64,000 nucleotides of DNA from Spirochaetia bacterium. Lineage in GTDB: Bacteria; Spirochaetota; Spirochaetia; SZUA-6; Bin103. Positions 61,021 through 64,000 of this stretch are shown here, one piece after another. Both the position numbers and the translations under genes were made by a program. The DNA is taken from NCBI GenBank assembly GCA_965203905.1, contig CBDBDQ010000005.1:2848001-2912000 (forward strand). Reading direction: 5' to 3'. The notes below the pieces were generated by a model. That model was not told the origin of the DNA. It worked only from the letters and a program-made list of their open reading frames with translations, and made no database searches. How positions within the stretch are numbered: the stretch's first letter is position 1; each line of letters begins with the position of its first letter.

Positions 61021-61809
61021 TCACCAGCGAGGGATCCCGCCGAGCAGCAGCTTCTGCTCCGGGGTGCCGTTCTCGCTCAGGGCGGTCATCTTCGGCCCGT
61101 CGAAGGTCTCGCGGGACTTCATCCACGCGTTCTGGTAGCACATCAGGCACACCCGCCGCTTCGTATCCGAGTTGTTGGCCGCCCCGCGGTGGTAGAGCCA
61201 GCCGCTGAACAGCACCGCCTGTCCCGGCTTGGCGAGCACCCAGAGCTCGTCCGGGAACTCCGCGGGGCTGTCCTTCGGCGGCTTGAAGATTGCCCGGTGG
61301 CTGCCCGGGACGATGACGATGGGCCCGTTGTCCCTGGTCAGCTCGTCCAGGTAGTAGCCGCAGTTGATCTGCCCCGGGATCGAGCCGAAGGGGGTGCCGT
61401 CGGGATCCTGGGGCCACGGTCCGTCGCGGTGCCAGTTCTGCTCGGGCGTGCCGGGCGGGGTGACGCGGCCGGAGGCGCTGTGGAGCTGCACCGCGTTGCC
61501 GAGGAGCGCCTTCATGCGGGTGAGGACCGGCGGGTTGTCGAGCAGGAAGGCGAAGCGGTCGTCCTCCTCCAACAACTCCCGGAACAGGCTGCCGGTCGGC
61601 CCCGGGTTGGGCTCCCCGTTCCAGCCCACGGTGTCGCGGGAGTCGGCGTCGTCCATGGCCGCGCGCAGGACCTCGACCTGCTCCGGGGTGATGGCGTCGT
61701 CGACGACGAGGTACCCCCACTTCTGGAAGAAGCGCACCTCCCGCTCCAACTCGGGCGTGAGGTCCGGATTCAGTCGCTCCGGAACGATCGAATGGTCGGG
61801 ACGAGCCAT
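61021..61809 (-). CDS. Phytanoyl-CoA dioxygenase (PhyH) family protein
   Basis: FFQKWGYLVVDDAI, NWHRD, DNGPIVIVPGSH and GQAVLF..WLYHRG. Confidence 0.88.
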   Translation of the reverse strand: MARPDHSIVPERLNPDLTPELEREVRFFQKWGYLVVDDAITPEQVEVLRAAMDDADSRDTVGWNGEPNPGPTGSLFRELLEEDDRFAFLLDNPPVLTRMKALLGNAVQLHSASGRVTPPGTPEQNWHRDGPWPQDPDGTPFGSIPGQINCGYYLDELTRDNGPIVIVPGSHRAIFKPPKDSPAEFPDELWVLAKPGQAVLFSGWLYHRGAANNSDTKRRVCLMCYQNAWMKSRETFDGPKMTALSENGTPEQKLLLGGIPRW

Positions 61810-61919
61810 GGCATGCTCCGTTTGGTGGTTTCCATCATTACGTCGAGCGTCCACCGCCAGAGTCAAGCCAGCGCTGGTCCTGGTGAGCGTCCCCTCCGCG
61901 ACGCTCACGCGTCACTATC

Positions 61920-62094
61920 GGGTAGCAAAGCACTCCCTTCACGGCGAGTTCCACGACCTCTTGTGCGTGGCGCACGGTGATGTTCCACGAATCGCGGTCG
62001 AGGGCGGCCTTGATCTCGTCCAGGTACTCTTGAGCGGCCGCCAGTAGCTTGCGCCCTCGTTCGTCGTTGCTCAGGGCAGTTGCTCCCGGTTCAC
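61920..62094 (-). pseudogene. Truncated HEPN-domain toxin downstream of an MNT
   Basis: LLAAAQEYLDEIKAALDRDSWNITVRHAQEVVELAVKGVL matches a HEPN N-terminal half and then breaks off; it is out of frame with the overlapping GTG. Confidence 0.65.
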
Positions 62095-62594
62095 AGGGTG
62101 ACGATCTCCCCCGGACGCAGGTCGGGCTTGAGGTCCCAGTACCAGGAGCCGTCGCCGAGCTCGATACGCCGCGAACCGAGTTCCGCGAGCCGCTTCCGCA
62201 CGTGTGCCAGCTTCCTGGCGAGGACGTCGCGAGGATCGAACAGCACGATGCCGTGGTGGGCTATGTCGAGCAGCAGCCACGGAGTGTCGGCCAGGCTCGT
62301 TTCGCTGCGGAACACCGGCATCGGCTTGGTGGGCGCACCGCGGGTCCGCAACTTGGCCGTAAGGGGATCGTCGCGGAGGCCGATCTCCACTTCGACGAAG
62401 CTGCACAGGGCCTCGTGGCGGTCGCCGCGGTGAACTATGAACAAGTCGATGTCGCTGGTTGGGCGCGCCGCCTGGCGAGCGACCGACCCGTACAGGGCCA
62501 TGGCTACCAGGCGCTCACCCAGTACGGCACGCAGATCGGTCAGGAGCCGGTCGGTGAGCGGTTTCACGTCGGCGTAGCCGCTCAGGACAGCCAT
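62091..62594 (-). CDS. Minimal nucleotidyltransferase (MNT) antitoxin
   Basis: ALYGSVAR.....SDIDLFIV (GS-x10-DxD); C-terminal YWDLKPDLRPGE. Confidence 0.88.
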   Translation of the reverse strand: MAVLSGYADVKPLTDRLLTDLRAVLGERLVAMALYGSVARQAARPTSDIDLFIVHRGDRHEALCSFVEVEIGLRDDPLTAKLRTRGAPTKPMPVFRSETSLADTPWLLLDIAHHGIVLFDPRDVLARKLAHVRKRLAELGSRRIELGDGSWYWDLKPDLRPGEIVTL

Positions 62595-62737
62595 GTCGAA
62601 ACGATAGCACAAACCCGCAGCGCATGGATGCTTGTACGGCATCCCGGCCATTCCGCCCAGGACGATCCTACGCTATAGGGATAATGGGCCCAGCACCGCC
62701 CCTGCCTACAGCCGCCTTGCATCCTTCCTGACTTTGC

Positions 62738-62750
62738 ATGACAATGTCAT
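62738..62750 (+). promoter_or_regulatory. Palindromic operator upstream of dinJ
   Basis: ATGACA-A-TGTCAT. Confidence 0.55.
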
Positions 62751-62778
62751 TCATTCGACGGGAGAGGGAGAATCGACC

Positions 62779-63042
62779 ATGGCTTCAAATCAGCTCGTCC
62801 AGGCCCGCATCGACGGAGCCGTGAAAGAAGAGGCGGCCGCCGTACTGGCCGCAATGGGCATGACCGTGTCCGATGCCGTGCGGCTACTGCTGACCCGGAT
62901 TGCGCAGGAAAAGGCCCTGCCATTCGCACCACTGATTCCAAACGCCGTCACCATTGAGGCGATGAAGGAAGCCCGCAAGGGCGGCCTCCCGCAGTTCGAC
63001 AGCGTGCAAGGTCTTATGAACGATCTGCATGCGCAAGATTGA
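62779..63042 (+). CDS. dinJ: RelB/DinJ antitoxin
   Basis: VQARID..VKEEAAAVLAAMGMTVSDAVRLLLTRIAQEKALPF..PN..TIEAM. Confidence 0.93.
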   Translation: MASNQLVQARIDGAVKEEAAAVLAAMGMTVSDAVRLLLTRIAQEKALPFAPLIPNAVTIEAMKEARKGGLPQFDSVQGLMNDLHAQD

Positions 63043-63282
63043 GCGCACCGGCCAGTTCAAGCGCGATTACAAGCGCGAGGCCAAGGGGCAGCACCGGACG
63101 TCACTCGACGCCGACCTGGTGCCCGTCCTGGTTGCGCTGGCCGATGACCAGCCGCTGGAGCCTGGCACCACGACCATGCGCTGAGCGGCGACTGGAAAGA
63201 TCACCGCGATTGCCACGTAAAGCCCGACGCCGCAACACTGCGGCTTGTTCGCCTCGGATCACATTCGGAACTCGGGTTCTGA
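63029..63282 (+). pseudogene. yafQ: YafQ toxin with a frameshift (~63163) and an internal in-frame deletion
   Basis: MRKIERTGQFKRDYKR...QPLEP / HHDHALSGDWKDHRDCHVKPD-AATLRLVRLGSHSEL; the LxLIY strand expected after CHxKPD is absent. Confidence 0.8.
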
Positions 63283-63461
63283 CCCGTTTACCCCTCGTTT
63301 AGCCCCGTTTAGAGCGACCATGTTGGTGGCTTGTTTTCCCGCCAAGCTCGTGGTCACGAAGCCGGCGTCCCATCTCTGGTACGCGCGGGAGGTTCGAGTG
63401 GCGCGGGCCGCGGATCGCCGCGGTAGACCGTGCAGGATGCGGTGTGCCACAGTGCACTGCG

Positions 63462-64000
63462 ATGAGCAAACGCATTGTGATCATTGGCCACACCGGTAAG
63501 GGAGACTACGGTCACAGTCTCGACCAGGCGTTCGTGGGCGTGGAGGGGGCGGAGATCGTCGCCCTGGCCGACCCCGACGCGGCGGGCCGGCGGCGGTTCG
63601 CCGAGCTGACCGGCGCCGCCGCCACCTACGCCGACTACCGCGAGATGCTGGCCGCCGAGAAGCCGGACATCGCGGTGATCGCCACCCACGAGATGAGCGG
63701 CCACCTGGAGATGGTGCTGGCGGCGGCCGCCGCGGGCGCCCACGTCTACGTCGAGAAGCCGCTGGCCACCACGCTCGGCGAGGTGGACCGGATGCTGGAA
63801 GCCTGTGACCGCGCCGGCGTGCTGCTGGTGATGGCGCACCCGTGGCGCGGCCGCCCGCAGATCCAGCAGCACGCGATCCCGATGATTCGCGGCGGCGAGA
63901 TCGGCGAGCCGCGCTGGGTGCGGCTGTACGGACATCCCTCCGGCCGGCCTACCGCGTACGGGGTATTCAGCGGCGACGCCTGGATGATCGACCTCTATCC
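63462..64000 (+). CDS. Gfo/Idh/MocA oxidoreductase (3' end outside the window)
   Basis: MSKRIVIIGHTGKGDYGH; ALADPD; YADYREML; HVYVEKPLA. Confidence 0.88.
   Translation, partial: MSKRIVIIGHTGKGDYGHSLDQAFVGVEGAEIVALADPDAAGRRRFAELTGAAATYADYREMLAAEKPDIAVIATHEMSGHLEMVLAAAAAGAHVYVEKPLATTLGEVDRMLEACDRAGVLLVMAHPWRGRPQIQQHAIPMIRGGEIGEPRWVRLYGHPSGRPTAYGVFSGDAWMIDLY

Noticed and set aside
63274-63312. Short CCCGTTTA-like tandem repeats after yafQ
   Set aside because: Three degenerate 8-10-mers without spacers; not a CRISPR array and too weak to call a REP element.

Overview
High-GC bacterial chromosomal window with no rRNA, tRNA, CRISPR array, integrase or transposase visible. The solute-binding-protein signal peptides end in FA/WA-x-G-x-x-E, which resembles Spirochaetota (inference). 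That, together with ankyrin/TPR proteins, PhyH dioxygenases and many toxin-antitoxin (TA) modules, would fit a host-associated, possibly sponge, symbiont genome (inference). The window contains: (i) two tandem paralogous large TPR-tailed proteins, the complete one being a 1478-aa fusion of a RelE-like domain, an SF1/UvrD-like helicase and TPRs that closely resembles eukaryotic TRANK1; this is the best candidate for an undescribed defence-like system; (ii) leuA with a complete Leu-rich leader-peptide attenuator; (iii) an AAA-ATPase/PD-(D/E)xK gene bracketed by a 13-bp direct repeat; (iv) three sugar ABC modules with GH78, GHL10-like and GH32 enzymes, and two peptide-type ABC modules; (v) trxB, sodA, two tandem amidases, oxidoreductases, an ankyrin protein and a kinase; (vi) eight TA modules plus two toxin relics placed between catabolic blocks, with toxins preferentially damaged. 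Several single-base frameshifts, many in homopolymers, look like long-read consensus errors. All family assignments come from motif recognition, not database searches.
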